DNA of 59,532 bases from Thermoplasmata archaeon (GTDB lineage Archaea > Thermoplasmatota > Thermoplasmata > Thermoplasmatales > Thermoplasmataceae), in contig JAKATR010000099.1 of the NCBI GenBank assembly GCA_021818675.1, forward strand, positions 1 through 59,532, given 5' to 3'. The position numbers and the translations under genes were made by a program. Positions 27,036 through 35,955 of this stretch are shown piece by piece (the stretch's first letter is position 1; every line of letters starts with the position of its first letter). The notes beneath the pieces were generated by a model. The model made no database searches and was not told the origin of the DNA. It saw only the letters and a list, made by a program, of their open reading frames with translations.

Positions 27036-30000
27036 ATGTATGTTGAATCTTTGGAAATTGATAATTTTAAATCGTTTGGAGTGAAGACAAGAATTTTGTT
27101 CGACCAGGGTTTCACGGTCATCAGTGGACCAAACGGCAGCGGTAAGAGTAACATTGGAGACGCGTTTTTGTTTGTACTTGGCACCAGGTCTTCAAAGACT
27201 GTGAGAGCTGACAGATTGGGTGACCTTATTCATAATGGAAAAAGCAAAAGAAATTCATGCTCTGTTTCAATAAAATTCAGCCCTTCTGAAAAGGATCAGA
27301 TAAGGGAAAAGGTAGAGATTACAAGGATTATAGAGAATGTCAATGGAGATGTAAAGAGCACATATTTTTTGAATGGAAATCGTGTCAGACATACCGATAT
27401 TGAAGAATTTCTGCAGAGTATAGGTTTGCTTCTTGATTCTTATGGCTTTGTTTTGCAGGGCGATATTAACAGAATTATAGAAATGAGCGGAATTGAGCGG
27501 AGAAAATTACTTGAATCAATAGCTGGTATTGAAGGGTACAACATTCAAATTGAAAAGGCAAAGTCAGACATTGACAAGATAAATCAGGATATATCAACCC
27601 TTGGAACGCTGAGAACTGAAATAGAAACTAATATGGAAAAGCTGGCTGTGGAAGTTGACAGGCTCAGAAAATTTAAAGAAAAGGAAAAGAGATTAAAGTC
27701 ACTAAAAACCACGTACGTGGAACTCGAAATTATGGAATGTAAAACGGAAATTTCCAAAATTGATGGGCAGATTACTGTAGCCGAACAGCAGCTTGAAAAA
27801 TTCAATGAAGAAAGGAAAAGTGTCCAGAACAAAATTTCTGAATTAAATGAAAGAAAAGCAAAGGCAGAGAATGGAGTTGGTCAGGAAACACAAGCCCAGC
27901 TTAGATCTATAAAGGAAAAGCTGGATTCATTTCTCCTGCAAAAAGCTCAGCTCGATGTAAATATGGATAATCTTACCAATTCTCTTTCGGATCTTCGTCT
28001 CAGACTTGAAGAAAAGGAAGAGAGAATAGGAGAAATCGAGAAGGAGATGGGCAAAATCGGAAGCAAGATCTCCCTTAATGATCAGGAATTGTCAAAAAAA
28101 TCGGAGGAACTGGAAAGCATTAACGAGAAGATCAGCAGTATAATGCATTCATCTTCCATGAAACTCTCCCGAACCAATGAGCTTACTCTAAAAATCAAGG
28201 ATATTGAATCAAAAAAGACCAAACTGGAGCAGGAACTTCATAATATGGAGAAAGAAGCTGAGAGACTTAGAGTTCAGGTTGAATCCAGAAAGGTGGAACT
28301 GGGTAAGAAGGAAGAACTTCTTACAAATGCAAAATACAGAATGGCAGAATCAAAATGGAAACTACAGGAGATTCAGAAAGGGACTTCTGGTAAAAAAACA
28401 ACTCTGGATAAACTCAATAAATCATACTATGAACTAAGAAACCTGATAAAAGATTTAGAGAATGAGCGAACTGCAATCAGCACTAAGATTCAGACTCTGG
28501 TGAGGGATGTGGAAAGACTTTCGGCGACATCATCCCAGGTTTATGGAATGCAAAAATCTGTTAAGGCTATAATGGATGCAAGAAACCGTGGTGAAATACA
28601 GGGCATTCACAAGACTCTCGGTGAATTGATTGCCTATGATGATTCGTTAACGCTTGCTGTTGAATCGGCGGCTGGATCAAAATTGAACTCGGTTGTTGTT
28701 GAAAATGAGGATGTCGCGCAACAGTGCATTACATTGCTGAAGGAAAACAAACTTCAGCGGGCAACCTTCCTCCCAATATCAAAAATGCAATCAGGACGCC
28801 CAAGAGGAAAGGCAATCATGGTAAAACAGTCCGGAGAAACAATGGGTCTATTATCTGAAAATATAAAATATTCCACAGAATATGAAAATATAATCTGGTA
28901 TGCTTTTCAGGATACAATTCTTGTAAAGAACATTGAGATTGCAAAGAAACACATGACTGGTGTAAGAATAGTAACACTTGAGGGAGATATCTTTGAATCA
29001 AGCGGAGCCATCAGTGGAGGATTTCTGGAACGAAGGCAAAGAAACAGGGGTGCCGATGAACTTCGCCAGAAGGAGCAGGAATTGCAATCGCTGAGAAACA
29101 GAGAGCAGGAATTGAAAACTGAGCTTTCAGATAATAAGGGAAAATACGAGGAGGTATCGTCCGAGTTACTCTCCATTTCAAGCAGTGGAGGAGAAGAGAA
29201 AGGAAAGGCTGATTCCATAACCGCAGATATTGAATCTGCGAGAAAAACCATTGAATCGCTTGAGCTTGAAATATCCGGGATTAAAAACATTTTTTCCGAT
29301 GCTGAGGCTGAATATGCAAAATCCATTGCACTTCTGGATGAGGTGAAGAAGCAGTCTGCTCTTCTTGACAATGAGAGAAATCAAATAATACAGGAAATGG
29401 GAACAGAAGAGGACCCCAGTTCTAGAAAGTTGTCTGAATTGCAGCAGAGGAAGGATCAGATTGATCTGGAGATATCTACAACTAAATCAATTTCATCAGA
29501 AAACAGAGGAAGAATGAATGAACTTTCTCTTAGAAAGGAAGAGCTGATGAAAGAAATTGGTAATATTAAGAGTCAGATGAATTCCGGATCTGTTAAAAAG
29601 AAGGAATTCAATGATGTTAAAAGGGAGACTGAGATCAACATAGAGAAATATCGTCTGTTAGAACAGGAGCTCGATATTGCATCCAAAAAACTTATGGATG
29701 AATTAAGAGAAATTAACACTGGTATTCAGGAGGCTTTCACAGAAGACAATAAGATCAGAGATCGGGTTTCATCAACAGAAAATGTCATAATAACGGCAAA
29801 GGTAAGGAAGGATTCCCTCAATGAGCGAATTTTAAATTACGAGGAGGAATCAAAAAATATTGGCGGGACTGTTGAATCCTTCGGAATGTCAATGGCACAG
29901 ATGAAATTCGAGATTTCTATGGCTGAAAATGAAATAGAAAACTGGGGACCGGTCAATGGTCTGGCAGAAGAAGAATATACGAGGATCAAGGAAAGGATAG

Positions 30001-30551
30001 CAGAAATTCAAAATGATACACAGAAGCTGCAGGAAGAGAATGAGAGTTTAAAGAATCTCATGCTTGAGCTTGAAGACAGGAAGAAGAATGATCTCCTGTC
30101 ACTATTCAGAAAGATCAGGGAGAATATGAAGATCATATATAGAGGGTTGTCAGGAGGAGGCGAAGTTGAACTTTTGATGTCCGACGAATCTGATCCTTTA
30201 AACACAGAGATACATATTAGAGCAAGTCCCAAGGGGCGCGCATTTACCAAGCTTTCTGCTCTAAGTGGTGGAGAAAAAAGTATTACTGCAATGGCATTCA
30301 TCATGGCAGTTCAGAACATCAAACCTTCACCATTCTATTACCTTGATGAAGTAGATATGTTCCTTGATGGATCAAATGCAGAACGCATCGGAAGCATGCT
30401 TAAAGCAAATTCTTCCTACGCTCAGGTTATGATGATTTCACTGAAGAAAGCTCTTCTCAAATATGCAGACTCTTTGATTGGAGTTACAATGGCTGATGGG
30501 GAAAATACACAGGTCTTCCAGAAAAAGGTTGGGGAGGCTGATCCGTTTTGA
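27036..30551 (+). CDS. smc: Chromosome partition protein SMC
   Basis: 1171 aa. Walker A is GPNGSGKSN. Long heptad-rich coiled coils flank a hinge (GIHKTLGELIAYD...). The ABC signature is LSGGEKS and Walker B is YYLDEVDMFLD. Confidence 0.97.
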   Translation: MYVESLEIDNFKSFGVKTRILFDQGFTVISGPNGSGKSNIGDAFLFVLGTRSSKTVRADRLGDLIHNGKSKRNSCSVSIKFSPSEKDQIREKVEITRIIENVNGDVKSTYFLNGNRVRHTDIEEFLQSIGLLLDSYGFVLQGDINRIIEMSGIERRKLLESIAGIEGYNIQIEKAKSDIDKINQDISTLGTLRTEIETNMEKLAVEVDRLRKFKEKEKRLKSLKTTYVELEIMECKTEISKIDGQITVAEQQLEKFNEERKSVQNKISELNERKAKAENGVGQETQAQLRSIKEKLDSFLLQKAQLDVNMDNLTNSLSDLRLRLEEKEERIGEIEKEMGKIGSKISLNDQELSKKSEELESINEKISSIMHSSSMKLSRTNELTLKIKDIESKKTKLEQELHNMEKEAERLRVQVESRKVELGKKEELLTNAKYRMAESKWKLQEIQKGTSGKKTTLDKLNKSYYELRNLIKDLENERTAISTKIQTLVRDVERLSATSSQVYGMQKSVKAIMDARNRGEIQGIHKTLGELIAYDDSLTLAVESAAGSKLNSVVVENEDVAQQCITLLKENKLQRATFLPISKMQSGRPRGKAIMVKQSGETMGLLSENIKYSTEYENIIWYAFQDTILVKNIEIAKKHMTGVRIVTLEGDIFESSGAISGGFLERRQRNRGADELRQKEQELQSLRNREQELKTELSDNKGKYEEVSSELLSISSSGGEEKGKADSITADIESARKTIESLELEISGIKNIFSDAEAEYAKSIALLDEVKKQSALLDNERNQIIQEMGTEEDPSSRKLSELQQRKDQIDLEISTTKSISSENRGRMNELSLRKEELMKEIGNIKSQMNSGSVKKKEFNDVKRETEINIEKYRLLEQELDIASKKLMDELREINTGIQEAFTEDNKIRDRVSSTENVIITAKVRKDSLNERILNYEEESKNIGGTVESFGMSMAQMKFEISMAENEIENWGPVNGLAEEEYTRIKERIAEIQNDTQKLQEENESLKNLMLELEDRKKNDLLSLFRKIRENMKIIYRGLSGGGEVELLMSDESDPLNTEIHIRASPKGRAFTKLSALSGGEKSITAMAFIMAVQNIKPSPFYYLDEVDMFLDGSNAERIGSMLKANSSYAQVMMISLKKALLKYADSLIGVTMADGENTQVFQKKVGEADPF

Positions 30552-31339
30552 ATGGTAACGATGTGCTTGCAAGCATAATAACGCAATCCACGATTCTGGA
30601 GATCGACCATAAGAAATACATTGAACTCAGTGAGAATCATAATCGGGATACCCCAGTTTCAAAAATTTTGTCAAAGACCATGGATTTGTGCAAAGAGGGA
30701 AAGATAGACCCATGGGATGTTGATCTTGCCTCTTTCAGCAGGATAATTTATGATCTTGTTTCAGATGGCACGTTAAACCTGCCTGATGCCGGGGTATTAA
30801 TATCTGCAGCTTGGAGGGTACTGTCCATGAAAGGGGATAGTATCTTAGGGAAGTTCAGCGGAAGAGAATTTGAAGAAGAATTTAATACAGAGAATTTTGA
30901 ACCCTTTGAAGATGAAACCCTACTCAATGCTGAAGATGAGAATTACAGAAGCAGAAGTTCAATTACACTTATGCCTGCCCCTGTTTTCCATAAGGAGAGA
31001 AGGAAGGTTATGCTTGTTGAACTTATGGAAGCAATAAGCACCATTGATCTTTCAAATCACCCCATAGAGAAGAAAACCTTAACACCCATATTGTCAATGG
31101 ATGAAATTGCCAACAGATTGAATTCTGAGGAACCGGAGGAAGAGATTCAGAAAGTATGGAACAGGATAGTTGAAATGAAAGAACAAGAATTCTTTATGGA
31201 GGATCTCTGGGGAAAGACTGTGGAAGAAAAATCAATGTTTTTTGTCTATTGCATGTTTCTGAACAGGAATGGAAAAATAACCTTAAATCAGGATGAACCA
31301 TTTGGATCCATTAGGATAAAGAGAATAGAAAATGCCTGA
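30548..31339 (+). CDS. scpA: Segregation and condensation protein A (kleisin)
   Basis: The KIDPWDVDLASFSRIIYDL...DAGVLISAAWRVLSMKG block is typical of the ScpA N-terminus. The TTG start overlaps the smc stop (TTGA), and the true start could be further downstream. Confidence 0.85.
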   Translation: MNGNDVLASIITQSTILEIDHKKYIELSENHNRDTPVSKILSKTMDLCKEGKIDPWDVDLASFSRIIYDLVSDGTLNLPDAGVLISAAWRVLSMKGDSILGKFSGREFEEEFNTENFEPFEDETLLNAEDENYRSRSSITLMPAPVFHKERRKVMLVELMEAISTIDLSNHPIEKKTLTPILSMDEIANRLNSEEPEEEIQKVWNRIVEMKEQEFFMEDLWGKTVEEKSMFFVYCMFLNRNGKITLNQDEPFGSIRIKRIENA

Positions 31340-31589
31340 AGACGACGGTATGATTAGCGCCTCTGAGATGTCAGAATTTGAATTTTGCAGTGTCTCATGG
31401 TATCTGGATAAGGAAGGTTACCCAAGATCCGGGTTTTCTTCGCAGAGAATGCAGAGAGGTATAGAGATGCATCGGAGAGTTCATACAGGCTATTCCAGAG
31501 CGGGAGGAGCCATGAAATTGCTTCTTGTTATTTTTGTGGTCATTCTTGTTTTCGTCATTTATATCTATTTGGGGGGGACTTTACCCTGA
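31332..31589 (+). CDS. Cas4/RecB-like PD-(D/E)XK nuclease, N-terminal fragment ending in a transmembrane helix
   Basis: ISASEMSEFEFCSVSWYL (first Fe-S cysteine) and GIEMHRRVH match the Cas4/DUF83 N-terminus. These are followed by MKLLLVIFVVILVFVIYIYLGG. The ORF terminates 10 nt after a G7 run. Confidence 0.7.
   Translation: MPEDDGMISASEMSEFEFCSVSWYLDKEGYPRSGFSSQRMQRGIEMHRRVHTGYSRAGGAMKLLLVIFVVILVFVIYIYLGGTLP
31571..31577 (+). other. G7 homopolymer forming an in-phase X XXY YYZ (G GGG GGG) heptamer between the two Cas4-like ORFs
   Basis: Read directly: TAT TTG GGG GGG ACT in the upstream frame. A -1 shift here reads GAC TTT ACC CTG AAC GCT TCT CTG GAA TAT GTG GGA ATT, which is the downstream ORF frame with no stop. 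Confidence 0.9.
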
Positions 31590-31606
31590 ACGCTTCTCTG
31601 GAATAT

Positions 31607-32098
31607 GTGGGAATTCTATTTCTTTTAGTAATAATAATTTTAATATTTCTGTTAAGGAAGAAGAGGCAGGTTTATTCAATACCTGCTGGACGAGCCGTAT
31701 ATGGTGATTTGCAGTCAGAGGGTAAAACACTTGTCTCCAGAAGGTATGGCCTGAGCGGGAAACCTGATCGTGTCATTCGGAAGGGTGAGGAGCTTATTCC
31801 TTATGAATTTAAGAGCACTGAGGCTGATTCACCACGAACAGGTCATCTTCTTCAGATGGGGGTCTATTTTTTAATTCTTGAGGACAACTATGCAGGTGCC
31901 GTAATCAAAAAAGGAGTGCTGAAATACAGAACAAGAGCGTTTGAGGTTCGCAATACGCCTGAACTGAGGGAAAGAGTTCTGAGAACTGCCCAGTTGATGA
32001 GATCAATGAGGGGTGTGCCCAGAAGAAACCATGATAATCCAGGTAAATGCTTCAAATGTTCATTCAAGGAAGTATGTTCCCAAAGATTAATAAAATAA
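31607..32098 (+). CDS. Cas4/RecB-like PD-(D/E)XK nuclease, catalytic C-terminal part beginning with a transmembrane helix
   Basis: GILFLLVIIILIFLL is followed by LSGKPDRV...LIPYEFKS (D...ExK), LLQMGVYFLIL (QxxxY) and the terminal CFKCSFKEVC (C-x2-C-x5-C). Confidence 0.75.
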   Translation: MGILFLLVIIILIFLLRKKRQVYSIPAGRAVYGDLQSEGKTLVSRRYGLSGKPDRVIRKGEELIPYEFKSTEADSPRTGHLLQMGVYFLILEDNYAGAVIKKGVLKYRTRAFEVRNTPELRERVLRTAQLMRSMRGVPRRNHDNPGKCFKCSFKEVCSQRLIK

Positions 32099-33109
32099 GT
32101 GAATTTCAAGGTGAGTATGGGAAAAATTGACCTCTCACTTTTTCAGGAGGTAATAACGCAGGAAGAGCTGGACTCCATGGATTTATCAAAATCAACTGCG
32201 TATATAGGTTTTGAGCCATCGGGCACGGCACATATCGGAACTGGTCTCATGTGGACTGACAGGATTAACAACCTCGTTGATGCGGGTGTGACAGTGAAGG
32301 TTTTGATGGCTGACTGGCACGCCATGATAAATGATAAACTGGGAGGAGATCTTGAAAGAATAAGGGAGAGTGGAAGACTGATGGTAAAAACCTTCAACGC
32401 CCTTGGAATGAATCAAAAGGTTCAGATCATATGGGCTTCTGATATGGTCAACTCACCAGATTACTGGATGGAAATGCTGAAAGTGGCTAAAAGCTCCAGT
32501 CTTTCCAGACTGAGAAGAGCATTGCCCATTATGGGAAGATCAGAAGATGATGCAGATAAGGATTTTGGAAAGTATATTTATCCTTTGATGCAGGTCACTG
32601 ATATATTCAGACTTGATGTTGATATCTGCATGGGAGGGATGGATCAGAGGCACGCTCACATGCTTGCCAGAGATATTGCGGATAAAATAGGGGCAAAGAA
32701 AGCAATATCACTCCACGGTCCTTTAATAGGCAGCTTGAAGGGATCAGGAAGAATGGATTCAGAGAATTTCAAAAAAATGTCAAAAAGCGATCCGGATTCA
32801 GGAATTCTTGTAAGCGATACTCCAGAAGAAATTAAGAGAAAGATAAATCAGGCTTTTTGCCCCATTGCAGAGACCAAAGGAAATCCTGTCATAGAGATTG
32901 CAAAATTCGCAATATTACCCAGAACAAAAAATCTTGAGATCAAAAGACCAGAGAAGAAAGGTGGGCCCATGTTGATAAACAGTCCGGAAGAACTTGAATC
33001 TCTTTATTCTCAGGGAAATATCCATCCCATGGACTTAAAGGGCTCAGTATCTGAATACCTCATAAAAATCCTTGAACCTGCCAGATGGATATACAGCAAA
33101 AATGAGTAG
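32099..33109 (+). CDS. tyrS: Tyrosyl-tRNA synthetase (short archaeal type)
   Basis: GFEPSGTAHIGTGL is the HIGH region and KKMSKSD is the KMSKS loop. Length of about 330 aa. The likely start is the ATG at 32117 rather than the GTG at 32099. Confidence 0.88.
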   Translation: MNFKVSMGKIDLSLFQEVITQEELDSMDLSKSTAYIGFEPSGTAHIGTGLMWTDRINNLVDAGVTVKVLMADWHAMINDKLGGDLERIRESGRLMVKTFNALGMNQKVQIIWASDMVNSPDYWMEMLKVAKSSSLSRLRRALPIMGRSEDDADKDFGKYIYPLMQVTDIFRLDVDICMGGMDQRHAHMLARDIADKIGAKKAISLHGPLIGSLKGSGRMDSENFKKMSKSDPDSGILVSDTPEEIKRKINQAFCPIAETKGNPVIEIAKFAILPRTKNLEIKRPEKKGGPMLINSPEELESLYSQGNIHPMDLKGSVSEYLIKILEPARWIYSKNE

Positions 33110-33271
33110 TTCAATAAAGAGATACACTTTCAAAATTTTCCGCATATCTACATAAACTCATGGGAATTCTATAATAGATTCAAAACAAAGGATTGAGTGT
33201 TCAGAACCTTATGCACGGATCACTGCTACCTTTGAACTTTACTTTAACAATATTATAAAAATAAAAGAAGA

Positions 33272-34021
33272 TTAAATATTTTTGATCTTCTGAGCCAGTT
33301 CCATGGCCCGGTTAACATCCTCACTCTCAAGAGCCATGTCCACTGCCAGATCGTATACATATGAAATTATTTCTTTAAATTCTGCTTTCTCCTTTTTGGT
33401 TTTCATTGATCCAATGATCTTATCTGCAGTATCCATGCCATTTTTTACTTCTTCTTCAGCCTTAATGGCGTCCCCTTTTTCACGGTATACCTTGATGAGG
33501 CCAGCCTCAGCTTCAAAGTATGTGTCCCAATCACTGATTTTTTTCGATCTTTCAAGAACCTCTTTAAATATTTCAATGGCTTCGTTCATTGTTCGCTTTT
33601 TACCAGATAGAATGTCCGCCTTGGATGATAGTATTGCAAGTTCAAGCTGATCATCTTCAATCTTTCTGGCAAGTGTGATGCCTTTTTCAATATTTTCGAT
33701 GGCCTTCGCAGAATCTCCACTTTCATCAAGAAGATAGGCATAATTCATATAGTCCAGAGCAAGACCTGCAATATCCCCTATTTTTTCTCTCAGGATCAGA
33801 CATTTTTCCATGTAACTTATGGAATTATTTGTCCTGAATTTTTCAAGACCATAATATGCCTGTGACATCTTGCTGTAGATTTCACATAACTCTTCATCCT
33901 TACCCTCATTCTTCTGTGCAAGCACATTGAGAATTCTCAGGGAATCCATGAATTTTCCCTTTTCCATTAGCTTATCAGCCTGATTCATGTCAGGTTCTTT
34001 TTCTATTTTTTCATCTGTCAT
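33272..34021 (-). CDS. TPR-repeat protein
   Basis: 249 aa of repeated ~34-aa helical units with A/Y/L periodicity (e.g. AYYGLEKF, YAYLLDESGDSAKAIENIEKGI). The start overlaps the stop of the upstream HMG-CoA reductase gene (ATGA). Confidence 0.7.
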   Translation of the reverse strand: MTDEKIEKEPDMNQADKLMEKGKFMDSLRILNVLAQKNEGKDEELCEIYSKMSQAYYGLEKFRTNNSISYMEKCLILREKIGDIAGLALDYMNYAYLLDESGDSAKAIENIEKGITLARKIEDDQLELAILSSKADILSGKKRTMNEAIEIFKEVLERSKKISDWDTYFEAEAGLIKVYREKGDAIKAEEEVKNGMDTADKIIGSMKTKKEKAEFKEIISYVYDLAVDMALESEDVNRAMELAQKIKNI

Positions 34022-35295
34022 TTATGTTCACCCGGATTCTCTCTTATCTCCTTTAATACTTCTCCAGCTCTTGTCATTGATATTTTTCCCTCTTTCTTAA
34101 GGATTTCAGATACCCGATCAATTTCTTCTCCCTTTGCACCTGCTGCAATAGCAAGGTTTCTGGAATGTAGCCCCATATGCCCTTTCTGAATTCCCTCATC
34201 GCTTAATGCCCTTACTGCTGCGAAATTCTGAGCAAGACCGACCGCTGCAACCACAGACTGAAATTCCTCTGTTGTTGTAACCCCAAGTATCTTTCTTGCC
34301 ATGACTGCTTTAGGTATATTTGAGGTTGTACCACCTATGGTGCCTATTGCAAGTGGGATATTTATCTTCCCAACAATGTCTCCGTTTTGATCCTGAGAAA
34401 AACTTGAAAGAGAAGTATATGAACCATTCATGGAGGCATAGGCGTGGGCGTTAGCTTCTGCCTGGCGCCAGTCGTTCATTGTTGCAATGAGAACTGCATC
34501 CACTCCATTCATTATTCCTTTGTTATGTGTAACAGCTCTGAATATATCATGTTGTGCCATTTCAGATGCTTTTACAATCCTTTTTACGACTCTGGAACCA
34601 CCAATATCATCTGCTTTGAAAACTGCCTCAGCCTTTGAAATCCTTCCAGGCGTCAGGTTACTCAGTATTCGTAAAACAACCTCCCCTCCTGTAAGTTCTT
34701 CCAGATATGGAGCTGTTATTTCGCACATGGAATTTATGACATTAGCCCCCATTGCCGAGCCAACATCAACTATGAGATGAACGATAATGGTTCCTTCCAG
34801 TACAGGAAGTATTCTTATTTCAAGATCAACCGCACCCTTCTTCATTTCACGCAATGTTTTACTCACCGTATTGGCAAGAGTGAGTATCTGCGATTTCTGC
34901 TCCTCAATGATCCTTATTGATTTCGGTATATCGTAAACCTCAGTTATTTGAATCTGCCCAATCATCATGGAATTTGATGAGATAGCCCTAAAACCTCCCG
35001 ACTTCCTTGCGATCTTAGCTGCGTTTGAACAGGCAGCGATAACCGATGGTTCTTCCACTGCCATGGGTATAAGATAATCTTTTCCATTTATGAGGAAGTT
35101 TGTAGCAATGCCGAAGGGTATCTCCATTGCCGTGATAAAGTTCTCAATGAGCTTATCGCCAATTTCCGGATTTAGAGTACCGGTATTTTTAAGCAAATTC
35201 ATCTGATCCTGATTCAGACCTGAGAAAGCAGATATAATATCTATCCGCTCATTGATTGTTTTCTTATAAAATTCCCTGAGTTCTGAAGAATGCAT
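34018..35295 (-). CDS. mvaA: HMG-CoA reductase, class II (bacterial-type)
   Basis: 425 aa. LIENFITAMEIPFGIATNFLINGKDYLIPMAVEEPSVIAACSNAAK closely resembles the class II (Pseudomonas mevalonii-type) N-terminal block. The protein is soluble, with no membrane anchor. Confidence 0.88.
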   Translation of the reverse strand: MHSSELREFYKKTINERIDIISAFSGLNQDQMNLLKNTGTLNPEIGDKLIENFITAMEIPFGIATNFLINGKDYLIPMAVEEPSVIAACSNAAKIARKSGGFRAISSNSMMIGQIQITEVYDIPKSIRIIEEQKSQILTLANTVSKTLREMKKGAVDLEIRILPVLEGTIIVHLIVDVGSAMGANVINSMCEITAPYLEELTGGEVVLRILSNLTPGRISKAEAVFKADDIGGSRVVKRIVKASEMAQHDIFRAVTHNKGIMNGVDAVLIATMNDWRQAEANAHAYASMNGSYTSLSSFSQDQNGDIVGKINIPLAIGTIGGTTSNIPKAVMARKILGVTTTEEFQSVVAAVGLAQNFAAVRALSDEGIQKGHMGLHSRNLAIAAGAKGEEIDRVSEILKKEGKISMTRAGEVLKEIRENPGEHK

Positions 35296-35412
35296 TAAAA
35301 GGTTATAGGTACGATCTTAAACAATTTTTCTAATGCTTTATTGACTTAAATTTAAAACATTCTCTTTCCAGAACTATGTTAAGGATTTTCCTGACAACAT
35401 TTACCTATTAAT

Positions 35413-35955
35413 ATGTTTAATTTATGTACTGCTGTGAAAAGAGCATATAACATAGGTGTCCTTGGTGGAGCTTCTCCGCTGGAAAAATATTTGAAGATTG
35501 CAGAGCGGGTCGGAGAACTCATTGCCAAAAGCGGGAATATTCTAATAAATGGAGGCTTAAGTGGCGTTATGGAATATGCGGCAAAAGGAGCTTACGAAGC
35601 AGGCGGTGTTGTTGTTGGAATACTTCCTGGATATGATCACCGGGAAGCAAACAGCTATACAACTATTCGAATACCCACAGGTATTGGTTTTGCAAGGAAT
35701 TTTCTTATAATAAGAGCATGTCATTCTCTCATTGCCATAGACGGCTCCAATGGGACCATTTCAGAATCATCGTTTGCCATATCGGAGGGGAAATCAGTTA
35801 TCTCCCTGGATTCCATTGAATTGAAACCGAAGAGAGAAAGGGAAGGTAGCTTCATAGTTGCACATGAACCAGAAGATGCCGTGGAAAAAGCTATCAGAGA
35901 GGCAGAAAAGATATCACAAAAAGAAGTTGATAAGAATGACTCTTTCAAGGAATAA
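35413..35955 (+). CDS. LOG/TIGR00725-family Rossmann-fold protein (lysine-decarboxylase-like)
   Basis: IGVLGGAS...LINGGLSGVMEYAAKGAYEAGGVVVGILP...GFARNFLIIRA is the typical LOG/SLOG pattern. Confidence 0.7.
   Translation: MFNLCTAVKRAYNIGVLGGASPLEKYLKIAERVGELIAKSGNILINGGLSGVMEYAAKGAYEAGGVVVGILPGYDHREANSYTTIRIPTGIGFARNFLIIRACHSLIAIDGSNGTISESSFAISEGKSVISLDSIELKPKREREGSFIVAHEPEDAVEKAIREAEKISQKEVDKNDSFKE

Noticed and set aside
28907-29371. Long antisense ORFs inside well-supported genes. Examples: 154 aa inside smc (28907-29371), 181 aa at 46703-47248 inside the ATPase gene, 117 aa at 3282-3635 inside lig, and 115 aa at 33303-33650 inside the TPR gene.
   Set aside because: They are Ser/Phe/Leu-rich, low-complexity shadows of Glu/Lys-rich coding sequence on the other strand. 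They have no motifs or start-site signals, and the sense-strand genes have unambiguous domain signatures.
31525-31707. A third-frame 60-aa ORF spans the junction of the two Cas4-like ORFs.
   Set aside because: Its translation (…GGLYPERFSGICGNSISFSNNNFNISVKEEEAG…) has no Cas4 motifs and no hydrophobic helix. The -1 frame gives a coherent continuation, so this ORF is a by-product of the overlap region.
27036-33109. I looked for a CRISPR array or further cas genes around the Cas4-like gene.
   Set aside because: No regularly spaced direct repeats were visible anywhere in the window, and all neighbouring ORFs are accounted for (smc, scpA, tyrS). The gene is a solo Cas4-family nuclease, not part of a CRISPR-Cas locus.
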